A stretch of 59,665 bases of DNA, counting the filler. It is 8 parts of 8 records of this genome, joined end to end, with 100 filler letters (N's around TTAATTAATTAA, not from the genome) between each part and the next. Parts side by side here need not be neighbours in the genome. Positions count along the whole stretch, not along the records: positions 1 to 5,015 come from SRR31147125_35379; positions 5,116 to 10,473 come from SRR31147125_35443; 6 more parts are not named here. One strand, given 5' to 3'. Every line of letters begins with the position of its first letter. Position 1 is the stretch's first letter. Both the position numbers and the translations under genes were made by a program. Shown piece after piece: positions 1-8,526 of the stretch. The notes under the pieces are model-generated. The model saw only the letters and a program-made list of their open reading frames with translations. It did no database searches and was not told the origin of the DNA.

Positions 1-4
1 ATAA

Positions 5-259
5 ATAAATCAGGAATTGAATTCCTTACCTTATTTAAAGAACCAAAAATGCGCCTATATTTACAAAGATCCTTTAAGAAAAGGATTTGTCTCAAAACCG
101 GAGGATTGGCTTTATGCCAGCGCCTGGAATTGCAAGATAATCCGTTTTAATTATTTCAGATGGGAGTATGGTTCACCTAAATTAATACCCGGACGACATG
201 GAACTCTGTCAGGGAAACAATCCCTATTTCATTGGTTGCGCAAGGGATTCCATGGGTAA
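5..259 (+). pseudogene. Degenerate C-terminal remnant of a REP-associated tyrosine transposase (RAYT, IS200-like Y1)
   Basis: Translation ELNSLPYLKNQKCAYIYKDPLRKGFVSKPEDWLYASAWN resembles the RAYT C-terminal consensus QKLxYIHxNPVRxGxVxxPEDWxYSSA with key residues altered. In-frame stop at 2-4; the tail after about 135 is probably non-homologous. Confidence 0.6.
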
Positions 260-285
260 AAGCGCAGGCGGGTAAATCCCTTGCG
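239..285. repeat. REP-like inverted repeat
   Basis: CGCAAGGGATT (239-249) and AATCCCTTGCG (275-285) form a perfect 11-bp inverted repeat with a 25-nt loop, just downstream of the RAYT-like segment. Confidence 0.6.
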
Positions 286-482
286 AGCAGAGAACTGTGT
301 TGGGCCTTTTTTTGTGTGTGAATTTCCAAAATAATATTAACTGAAGGGGATTTTAAATCGGCTATCGTTTAAGGATATGGAAATAAGCATTAGGCCTAAC
401 TATTCAAAGCAATAGACTATTATTTTTTAAACATCAGAAAAGTACGCTATTTGATTTTTAAACTATACATAATTCAAAAAAA

Positions 483-623
483 ATGAGTGATATGATCTTG
501 GAAACCGATATCGGATTAGTCTTAATATTATTTCTATTTGGCATTTTTGCATGGGGGATTGTAGATACAACTTTATTATTTCGGATAAAAGGAAAATTAA
601 AGAGGATTCAAGATAAAAAGTGA
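483..623 (+). CDS. Small single-TM hypothetical protein (46 aa)
   Basis: Read by hand: MSDMILETDIGLVLILFLFGIFAWGIVDTTLLFRIKGKLKRIQDKK, a hydrophobic helix followed by a basic tail. Below the ORF-track length cutoff. Confidence 0.4.
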   Translation: MSDMILETDIGLVLILFLFGIFAWGIVDTTLLFRIKGKLKRIQDKK

Positions 624-651
624 GCCGATATCGAATCAGACTATTTACTTT

Positions 652-990
652 TTGAAAAATTTAAATCATAATATCGTAATACGCAGCCAATTATTTAATT
701 CTGTAACTGATTTTATCCTGGTAAAAAATAACGAAATTCTAATTCAATCTAGAAGAAAATACTGGCGTACTTCCTGGATTTATGTGGGTTATGTTGATTT
801 GAATCAGGCTTCACCAGTTATAGAGTATCGCGTTTCTTTACCAATGCATCTTTTACTGATTCCATTTATCTTGACAGTCATTGGTATGCCACTTATTATT
901 CCATTTATGTTTTTAAATTATAAAATGGAAAAAGGTGCGATTCAAAAATTTATTAAAAAGCAAATGGGCAGAAAATTAATCAATACCTAA
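652..990 (+). CDS. Hypothetical membrane protein
   Basis: 112-aa ORF with C-terminal hydrophobic segment (LLLIPFILTVIGMPLIIPFMFL); TTG start uncertain. Confidence 0.5.
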   Translation: MKNLNHNIVIRSQLFNSVTDFILVKNNEILIQSRRKYWRTSWIYVGYVDLNQASPVIEYRVSLPMHLLLIPFILTVIGMPLIIPFMFLNYKMEKGAIQKFIKKQMGRKLINT

Positions 991-1127
991 ATTGTGTTTA
1001 AACCGGGACAACCCTTCAAGGGTGTGATTACCATAATTTCGGGATTATAACCTATTGTTTTCTTGACAAGTTTATTCTTTTAACAACTAGCTAGCTTTTA
1101 GTTGGTTCTAAGGAGGAGAAAATAAAT

Positions 1128-2174
1128 ATGAATTATCTACGGAATGCATTAATTGCAAAGTATAATGAAAACGGCAAAAGTTACAATTTTGATAGAGATT
1201 ATTCTTATTTTAATAAATTGTATCGTGAAATAGAATTAAATCAAAAAAATTGGCCTCTCGAAATCTCTGAATTATTGGATATGAAAAATTGGAATATAGA
1301 AAATTTAAAAGATGACAAGGGTAATATACATCTTCCCAAAACATGCTTTTTATTAGAATTAACTTCAAAAGGGAATTTAGCATTAGACTGGTATCCTGAG
1401 CATGAACCGATTTCAAATGCATGGTTATGGATGAAAGATTGGATACGCTGGGAGCGTGATTGGCCAATTGATCGACAATCATTGCCTTTTAATAGAATCC
1501 TAATGATCAGAGATTTCGAACAGTTATATTTTCCTAATCATAGGAAGTATAGCAAATCGGATGAATATTTAATAAGAGCGATAAAGGATCTCATTGAAAA
1601 TGTAATTTATTTCTCTAATAGATTTGTTAATTTGAAAATTATAACCGATCTTTTTATTGAATATAATGTTGATCGTTCCATCAATAATATTAAGATCAGG
1701 AAAGTTGAGGAAGTAGAAAAGGAACGAGAACAACAACAAAAACAAAATTGGCTTAATAATACATTTAATGTTGGACTAGGGGTAGATGTGACAACATTTT
1801 TAAATTGTTTTAAAAGAGCTGGTTTGAAATATTCAACAACTGCGAGAATATTAAAAAATGAATATAATACAAATATTTCAGGTGAGAGAGTAAAAAACTT
1901 ACTAATAAAACTTTATGAAGAACATAAAGAAGTCTATCAGAGAACGTTAAAGACGTCTCCTGTCACTCAAAATGTTGTAAAGCATAGAAATCCTGGACAT
2001 AGTTTAGATATCAAAAAGGAAAACCTAGAAAAATTGATATGGGAGATGCCGATTTCCAAGATTGCGAAGACTTATAATGTGTCAGATAGTGCAATTATTA
2101 AACGTTGTAAGAAGTTCGATCTGGAAAGGCCTGGAAGAGGTTTTTGGGCAAAAAAACAAGCTGGTAAAATATAG
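1128..2174 (+). CDS. Hypothetical protein with C-terminal helix-turn-helix-like domain
   Basis: 348 aa with a strong AGGAGG RBS. The C-terminus LEKLIWEMPISKIAKTYNVSDSAIIKRCKKFDLERPGRGFWAK matches an HTH-like motif common in mobile-element proteins. Confidence 0.75.
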   Translation: MNYLRNALIAKYNENGKSYNFDRDYSYFNKLYREIELNQKNWPLEISELLDMKNWNIENLKDDKGNIHLPKTCFLLELTSKGNLALDWYPEHEPISNAWLWMKDWIRWERDWPIDRQSLPFNRILMIRDFEQLYFPNHRKYSKSDEYLIRAIKDLIENVIYFSNRFVNLKIITDLFIEYNVDRSINNIKIRKVEEVEKEREQQQKQNWLNNTFNVGLGVDVTTFLNCFKRAGLKYSTTARILKNEYNTNISGERVKNLLIKLYEEHKEVYQRTLKTSPVTQNVVKHRNPGHSLDIKKENLEKLIWEMPISKIAKTYNVSDSAIIKRCKKFDLERPGRGFWAKKQAGKI

Positions 2175-2212
2175 ACAACAAGAGATAAATTTGTTGAATT
2201 CATTAGTGTATT

Positions 2213-3047
2213 ATGTCTAGTCATTCGGTATTTATTGCGAGGAATTATATGTCTATTGAAGTACGAGGATTCGAAGCATTGAATGGATGCAAGTTAGGAA
2301 AGGAAGAACTCATTTTATGTACAAAGCAAAATAAAATGTATAGCGACGAGCTAATATTAAGGAAAATTGGTTCAATTTTTGAAAAAAGATGGGCTACTAA
2401 GAATTTAGAAATAAATGAATTGGGAAGATGGGAAAATCTAGTTCAATATAGTATAAATGTACCAGATGATTATAAATATTACATTGTTCAGAGCAGGTCA
2501 CTGGATCATAATGAACAATTTTACTCTCATGAACATAGATTTATCTTATATGATCCCACAAATGTTGAAAGAAATATAATCGAATGTCCATCTATTTATT
2601 TTTATTTCGTATCCGATATGAAATATAGGACAGCAATAGATCACGACTATGAGGAATTAAAGAAACATTGTAAGAACGAAGCAATAAAGTCAATTTATAT
2701 TATCGCAGGTTCAATAATAGAAGCTATTTTAACTGATCAGCTCTTATTTAAGTCAGAAAGCGCTGAAAAAAATATTTAATTTTTTTGGTAACAAATTTGC
2801 AGATCAGATACCAAAATGGTATTTATCAAGAAAGATTACTGTAGCGAAAGAATTAGATATTATTAATGGTCAAATAGCCATGTTATTACGAGATTTAAAG
2901 GACCATAGAAATCTTGTTCATATTAGTCATCAGATTGAGAGTGGATTTGAAGTGGACTTCGAATGTGCAAGAATTATTTTAAAATACATGAAACGGTTAT
3001 GTGATCATTTAAATAAAAATAATGGAAATCATCTAATTTTTAATTGA
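2213..3047 (+). CDS. HEPN-like (DUF4145-type) domain protein, frameshifted near 2766-2786
   Basis: ORF 2213-2779 ends in AIKSIYIIAGSIIEAIL. The +1 frame continues FGNKFADQIPKWYLSRKITVAKELDII...LKDHRNLVHISH to TGA at 3045-3047. GSxxExxL plus RNxxH is typical of HEPN. The shift lies in A7/T7 runs. Confidence 0.65.
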
Positions 3048-3394
3048 CTAATAGAAAGAAAGCATTTAATCTTGCCAGGTTTGATGGATTTATATATTTG
3101 CACACAATGGTGAATGCAACAGAACGTTTTTAGTTTAGTGAATATTAATTATTGATCGCAATGGTTTAAAAAAACTGGAACTTCTGTCTCCAAAAGTATT
3201 TGCTCAGAAGCCAGTTTGGGATAAGGCCCTAAGGTTTGTTCGTTAGGAATCGGAAATAAACCGTCCAATATTTGCATGGTTAACATTAAATAAATTTGAT
3301 TTCAAATTTATAACTATGAAAAAACATACATTAGGGGGATACGGCCGATAAACACTTAAAACCTGTTTTTTTCCAAAGGATCGAAACCAAACTT

Positions 3395-3426
3395 AAACCT
3401 GACAGTGTTTTTAACCTTGTAGGTAT
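3395..3426. repeat. Degenerate REP-like palindrome
   Basis: AAACCTGACAGTGTTTTTAACCTTGTAGGTAT resembles the ACCTGACAGG...CCTGTCAGGT intergenic palindromes seen in Bacteroidota. Confidence 0.35.
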
Positions 3427-3689
3427 AAATATCTTTAATTGAATTCGATAAGGATTAGAACATCAATTTTGATAATTCGCAGACAAATAATACATTAATA
3501 TTTTATATCCTCATATCCTCGATTGATTGATGAAGGGAAATTAGGATAAGAAAACAAAATAAGTGATAACAGCGATGATCAAAATCATAAAATTATCTAT
3601 CAATTATAAATAGACTAATTTTTTGTTGTATCTAAAATTCTCGTTAAATATTAGTGATCCGATTAAAAACTAATTTATTGGAGATTTGA

Positions 3690-5006
3690 ATGGATCGAAT
3701 AACTAGGAGTTATTTAAATGAATTTAAAAGATCTTTCGGATTTGAAGCATTTGATGAAGATATTGTTTTTGAACATTTCGTCAATTTTTCAATATTAGAG
3801 AATAAAACAGAAGAAAGATTTGATATTGAAGAATTAAATATTGGAAAAGATGGAACTCTTGGAATAGATGGTTTTGCGATAATTTTAAATAAGAGAATTA
3901 TAAGCTCTGAAGATGAGCTTAGGGATTATATTAGCAATCATAATGAAATATCTGCAGATTTAGTATTCATACAATCAAAAACTTCTAAATCATTCGATAC
4001 TACCGAAATTGGTAATTTTGGGTGGGCTGTTACCGATTTTATTAGTGAAATTCCTGAGATAGCCTGGACTAATATTGCAAAGGATAGAATTGCTCTATTT
4101 AATGAGTTAATTTTTAGTACTACAAAATTAAAAGATAAACCAAACTGTTATTTATTTTATGTTACTCTTGGTCAAAAGAGCAATGACCAAAATATTGAGG
4201 CAATAATTACATCTATCAAAAATGATCTGTTATCAGAAAATTTATTTAATGAAATTGATTTTACTTTATTGGGGGCAAATGAACTTCAATTCCTATACAA
4301 AAAAATAGGAAAATCGGTCCAGAAATCTTTTGAATTTCCAAATAGAATAACTTTACCAGAAATTAATTATGTCAATGAATCTTACCTAGGAATCGTAAGT
4401 GCTAGAACTATAATCAAATTAATGACCGATGAAAATCAACAATTGTTATCAAATGTATTCTATGATAATGTGCGAGATTTTCAAGGGGATACCAATAAAG
4501 TAAATGAAGAAATTGCTGAAACAATTAAATCAAGTTACAAAGATGCTTTTGTCATTCTAAATAATGGCATTACTATAGTCACAGAATCTTTATTTACAAG
4601 TCGTAATACCTTTACTATTTCTAATTATCAAATAATTAATGGGTGTCAAACATCAAATGTTCTTTTTGAAAATTATAAGCATTTAGATGATAAGGTCTTA
4701 GTTCCTCTAAAAATTATCGCCACCGATGATCAATTTTTAACTGCAAAAGTTATCAGATCAACAAATCGACAAACTGAAGTAAAAGAACAAGATTTAATTG
4801 CGTTTACGAAATTTCAAAAGAAACTTGAAGATTTTTATAAGACTTTTGGGGGGAATAAAATATTATATTATGAGAGAAGATCAAAACAGTATAGTAAAAG
4901 GGATGTTGAGCGAAAACGAATAATTGATAAAACCACTCAAATAAAGGCATTCGCAAGTTTTTATTTTGATGAACCAGATATGGCTACTAGTGTCATGTCA
5001 AGTTAA
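3690..5006 (+). CDS. AIPR family protein (abortive infection phage resistance), probably C-terminally truncated
   Basis: Motifs FYDNVRDFQG, LNNGITIV, YQIINGCQTS, STNRQT and YYERRSKQY; GGAG RBS. Ends abruptly 9 bp before the contig end. Confidence 0.85.
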   Translation: MDRITRSYLNEFKRSFGFEAFDEDIVFEHFVNFSILENKTEERFDIEELNIGKDGTLGIDGFAIILNKRIISSEDELRDYISNHNEISADLVFIQSKTSKSFDTTEIGNFGWAVTDFISEIPEIAWTNIAKDRIALFNELIFSTTKLKDKPNCYLFYVTLGQKSNDQNIEAIITSIKNDLLSENLFNEIDFTLLGANELQFLYKKIGKSVQKSFEFPNRITLPEINYVNESYLGIVSARTIIKLMTDENQQLLSNVFYDNVRDFQGDTNKVNEEIAETIKSSYKDAFVILNNGITIVTESLFTSRNTFTISNYQIINGCQTSNVLFENYKHLDDKVLVPLKIIATDDQFLTAKVIRSTNRQTEVKEQDLIAFTKFQKKLEDFYKTFGGNKILYYERRSKQYSKRDVERKRIIDKTTQIKAFASFYFDEPDMATSVMSS

Positions 5007-5015
5007 ATATGTTGG

Positions 5016-5115
5016 NNNNNNNNNNNNNNNNNNNNNNNNNNNNNNNNNNNNNNNNNNNNTTAATTAATTAANNNNNNNNNNNNNNNNNNNNNNNNNNNNN
5101 NNNNNNNNNNNNNNN
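5016..5115. other. Artificial contig linker
   Basis: 44 N + TTAATTAATTAA (stops in all six frames) + 44 N. Confidence 0.98.
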
Positions 5116-5265
5116 ATCACAACGATGCATGAAAGCCTATACATGTCAGTGTTTTATGGATAATTTCCAATAAACCCTGACATCCAAAACAAATCCTTTT
5201 CTTTTATGCGACCATAAAAGAAGTCGCAAAGAAGAAGGGCCAACTCAACATTAAGGAGAAAAAAC

Positions 5266-6660
5266 ATGCAGGATAGAATTGATCCCAAAACAGAATCACC
5301 CCTCACCGCCTCTGAACGAAACATCGATGCCGCTTTTTTTGAGGCCAAAAAGATGGTTGACGTCATTTTGACCCCGGAATCGGAACTACGGCAGGAAGAG
5401 AGACAGTGGGTTGCAAAAGAAGTCGGTAACAACTTTGCCGACCATGTCAACAAGGGATTTCTTGAGTATCGTAAATCCGTTACCGAAACCGATGATTTCG
5501 CATTGACGGACTGGACCGGTCAAGGCTCTCTTTTAAAAGACGTCTTGGGAAGAGAGTATATCGACATGCTGGGTGGATTCGGATTGTACGGCCCGGGCAT
5601 TCGTCACCCCAAAATTGTTGCCGCAGTCAAAGCTCAGCTGGATCGAAGCCCACAGTACAGCCAGGAAATGCTGGATCCGCTTCGTGCCCATCTTGCCAAA
5701 GTGATTGCCAAATTGACCCCCGGAGATATTCAGTACGGTTTTTTCGCCAATAGCGGAACCGAGGCTGTTGACGGCGCGATGAAACTGGCGAAATTTCATA
5801 CCGGACGAAAAGGGTTCATTGCCACCATGGGCGGATTTCATGGAAAATCATTGGGAGCACTCTCTTTGCTCGGTAAAGCGGTATACCGTGAGCCGGTACT
5901 GCCCCTTTTGGAAGGCATCCATCACGTTCCTTACGGCGACGCCGATGCCGTTGAAAATGCGCTTGCTGCCGCCAAACAGATCGGTGAAGGCATTGCAGCG
6001 GTGGTGGCAGAACCGATTCAGGGGGAAGCTGGGGCCATTGTTCCTCCGGAAACGTATTGGCCGAGGTTGCGCGAAATCTGTGATGCCTATGAGGTTCTTT
6101 TGATTGCCGATGAGGTGCAGACAGGCTTTGGTCGTACCGGAAAAATCTTTGGTGTGGATCACTGGGGCGTCACACCCGATATCATGTGCTTTGGAAAAGC
6201 CCTTGGCGGCGGTGTGGTGCCCATGTCCGGTTTCTTCTCTACGGCGAAAATCTGGGAGTGCATGGAGCCCAACCCCTTTATGCATACCACCACCACCGGA
6301 GGAAATCCCCTGGCGTGTGCATCGGCGTTGGCACAGATCAATGTGCTGTTGGAAGAGGATCTTGCCGGACAGGCGGCTGAAAAGGGCGAATATATCATTG
6401 AAAAAGTGGGTCAACTTCAAAAAAAATATCCCCATATCATCAAAGAGATCAGAGGCAAGGGCCTACTTCTGGGTATGGTTTTCCCGACGGATGAAATCGG
6501 TTATCAGGTGGCATCCGGACTATTCAGCAGAAATGTGCTGACCGCCGGGACCCTCACCAACTCGCAGACCATCCGAATCGAACCGGCCCTCAACGTACCT
6601 TACGAAATTGTCGATGAAATGCTTGTCAGGTTGGAAGATACATTTTCAAGTATCTCCTAG
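5266..6660 (+). CDS. patA: Putrescine aminotransferase (class III PLP-dependent)
   Basis: F..HVNKGFLEYRKSV N-terminal motif typical of PatA/YgjG; NSGTEA, GFHGKS, DEVQTGFGRTG, FGKALGGG, HTTTTGGNPLAC; AAGGAG RBS. Confidence 0.88.
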   Translation: MQDRIDPKTESPLTASERNIDAAFFEAKKMVDVILTPESELRQEERQWVAKEVGNNFADHVNKGFLEYRKSVTETDDFALTDWTGQGSLLKDVLGREYIDMLGGFGLYGPGIRHPKIVAAVKAQLDRSPQYSQEMLDPLRAHLAKVIAKLTPGDIQYGFFANSGTEAVDGAMKLAKFHTGRKGFIATMGGFHGKSLGALSLLGKAVYREPVLPLLEGIHHVPYGDADAVENALAAAKQIGEGIAAVVAEPIQGEAGAIVPPETYWPRLREICDAYEVLLIADEVQTGFGRTGKIFGVDHWGVTPDIMCFGKALGGGVVPMSGFFSTAKIWECMEPNPFMHTTTTGGNPLACASALAQINVLLEEDLAGQAAEKGEYIIEKVGQLQKKYPHIIKEIRGKGLLLGMVFPTDEIGYQVASGLFSRNVLTAGTLTNSQTIRIEPALNVPYEIVDEMLVRLEDTFSSIS

Positions 6661-6674
6661 TCGGAAATATCAAT

Positions 6675-6705
6675 GCGGCGGAACGGGTTTCATCGATTCC
6701 GCCGT
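6675..6705 (+). terminator. GC-rich hairpin after patA
   Basis: CGGCGGAA / TTCCGCCG stem; weak U-tail. Confidence 0.4.
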
Positions 6706-6775
6706 CTTGATGACACGAATGAGTTGCCGAAATGATACCCATTGGCTTATTGATAACCATTAAGTGAGGAAGACC

Positions 6776-8275
6776 ATGAGTAAACCCAATAGTATGACTG
6801 CAACGGAATTTACCCCGTTCGATGCCGGTACCCAAATGAACAAACTGATTGTCGAATACGCACTGATCGCCCTCTTTTTCCTTGTCATCAGCCTGTTATC
6901 TCCGGATGACAAGGCCTCCTTCGGAGCCCTTTCCGCCATACCGTCCATTTTTCTGTTAGCGTTTATTTTCTATACAAAACGGATCCTCGAGGGGTTGACG
7001 CTGGCATCCCTTCTCGGATTTTTCATGGCGTACAAGTTGAACTTTTTCGACCATCTAAACAGCAAATTGACCACCGTACTGACCGATGGCGATACCCAGT
7101 GGCTTTTCATCGTCTGCGGGCTCATGGGGAGTATCATCGCATTGATTGAGCGGGGCGGCGGCGCGGCAGCATTTGGAGAGTGGGTATCGAAACGGGCCAA
7201 AACCAGAAAAAGTACCTTGCTCTGGACGTGGATTCTCGGTGTTGTCATCTTTATCGATGATTATCTGAACTCATTGACGGTCGGGTCGTGCATGGCCCCC
7301 ATTACCGACAAACACAACGTCTCCAGGGAAAAGTTGGCATATATTGTCGATTCCACCGCTGCGCCGGTTTGCGTTTTGATTCCCATTTCCACATGGGCCG
7401 TCTACATCGGCAGCCTTCTCGAACAGGCCGGTGCCGCAGCCGAAGGGGAAGGCGTTAGGTTTTTCATTGAAACCATCCCCTATAACTTTTACGGCTGGAT
7501 TGCAGCGCTGATTGTTCCGCTGGTCATATTGGGAATCATTCCATTGTTCGGTCCCATGAAAAGCGCCGAAAAAAGAGCGACCGAAGAGGGCATTCTCGCC
7601 CCTCCCGGATCTGAAAAGATCGATATTCATGGAGATGAAGAGATCAAGACCCCGGACAATCCTAAAATCTTCAACTTTTTTCTTCCCATTCTCGTTCTCG
7701 TTGCATCGACCATCTATTTTGATGTGGACATGCAAAAAGGGGTGATCACCACCGTCGCCTTTATGTTTTTGCTTTACATTCCCCAGGGCCTGATGGCGCC
7801 CGAGGAATTTTTCGATGCTTGTGTCACCGGCATCAAACACATGCTGTTTCCCCTGTTGATGGTGGTGTTGGCGTTTACCTTTGCCGCCATTAACGAAGAG
7901 ATCGGATTTCTCACTTTTGTCATTGATTCAGCCAAAAAAATGATGACGCCGGAATTGATGCCGTTTATCGTATTTATCGTCCTGGGAATCACCGAGTTCA
8001 TCATGGGGCTCAGCTGGGGCATGTATGCGATTGCCATTCCCATCGTGATTCCGCTTGCTTCCGCCTTGGGCGTCGATCCTGCCGTTGCCGTCGGTGCCGT
8101 CTGTTCCGCAGGGGTATGGGGAAGTCACATCTGCTTCTACTCGGATGCCACCATCCTCAGCTCTGCCGCATCAGGATGTGACAACTATCGGCATGCCGTC
8201 ACCCAAATGCCCTTCGGCTTCCTAGGAGCCACTCTGACAAGTATCGCTTTTCTTCTTTTCGGATATTTCGGGTAG
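6776..8275 (+). CDS. NhaC-family (Na+/H+ antiporter-like) transporter
   Basis: Multi-TM protein with IFIDDYLNSL, SREKLAYIVDSTAAP.C...P.STW, G.SWG, GSHICFYSDATILSS and HAVTQMP motifs. ATG 6776 follows GAGGA (alternative GTG at 6764). Confidence 0.85.
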   Translation: MSKPNSMTATEFTPFDAGTQMNKLIVEYALIALFFLVISLLSPDDKASFGALSAIPSIFLLAFIFYTKRILEGLTLASLLGFFMAYKLNFFDHLNSKLTTVLTDGDTQWLFIVCGLMGSIIALIERGGGAAAFGEWVSKRAKTRKSTLLWTWILGVVIFIDDYLNSLTVGSCMAPITDKHNVSREKLAYIVDSTAAPVCVLIPISTWAVYIGSLLEQAGAAAEGEGVRFFIETIPYNFYGWIAALIVPLVILGIIPLFGPMKSAEKRATEEGILAPPGSEKIDIHGDEEIKTPDNPKIFNFFLPILVLVASTIYFDVDMQKGVITTVAFMFLLYIPQGLMAPEEFFDACVTGIKHMLFPLLMVVLAFTFAAINEEIGFLTFVIDSAKKMMTPELMPFIVFIVLGITEFIMGLSWGMYAIAIPIVIPLASALGVDPAVAVGAVCSAGVWGSHICFYSDATILSSAASGCDNYRHAVTQMPFGFLGATLTSIAFLLFGYFG

Positions 8276-8374
8276 TGTGAGTATCTAAAAATAAAAGCAG
8301 ACGTTATCTCATGACCTTGTCGGCATCCCAGACATCTTTTTTAAGTCATCGCTGATATCTTATTTAAATTGCTA

Positions 8375-8424
8375 TTGACTTTCAATTTTATCAAAGCTAT
8401 TACATAGCTCTTAAATAGCTATTT
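8375..8424 (+). promoter_or_regulatory. Putative promoter with palindromic operator-like sites
   Basis: TTGACT at 8375; palindromes AGCTAT-TAC-ATAGCT (8395-8409) and AAATAGCTATTT (8413-8424) overlap the -10 region upstream of the ligase. Confidence 0.35.
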
Positions 8425-8526
8425 CAAATTCAAAGCTCTTTAACAAAAGATACTGATAGTGCCCGTTATCTATTGCAATGCACTCATGGTTAAAAAAATC
8501 ATAGGATAAGTCAGGGAAGGTAAAAG

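Noticed and set aside
5060-5071. Recurring TTAATTAATTAA as a biological repeat or att site
   Set aside because: Always centred in 44+44 Ns; it is a six-frame stop linker added during assembly concatenation.
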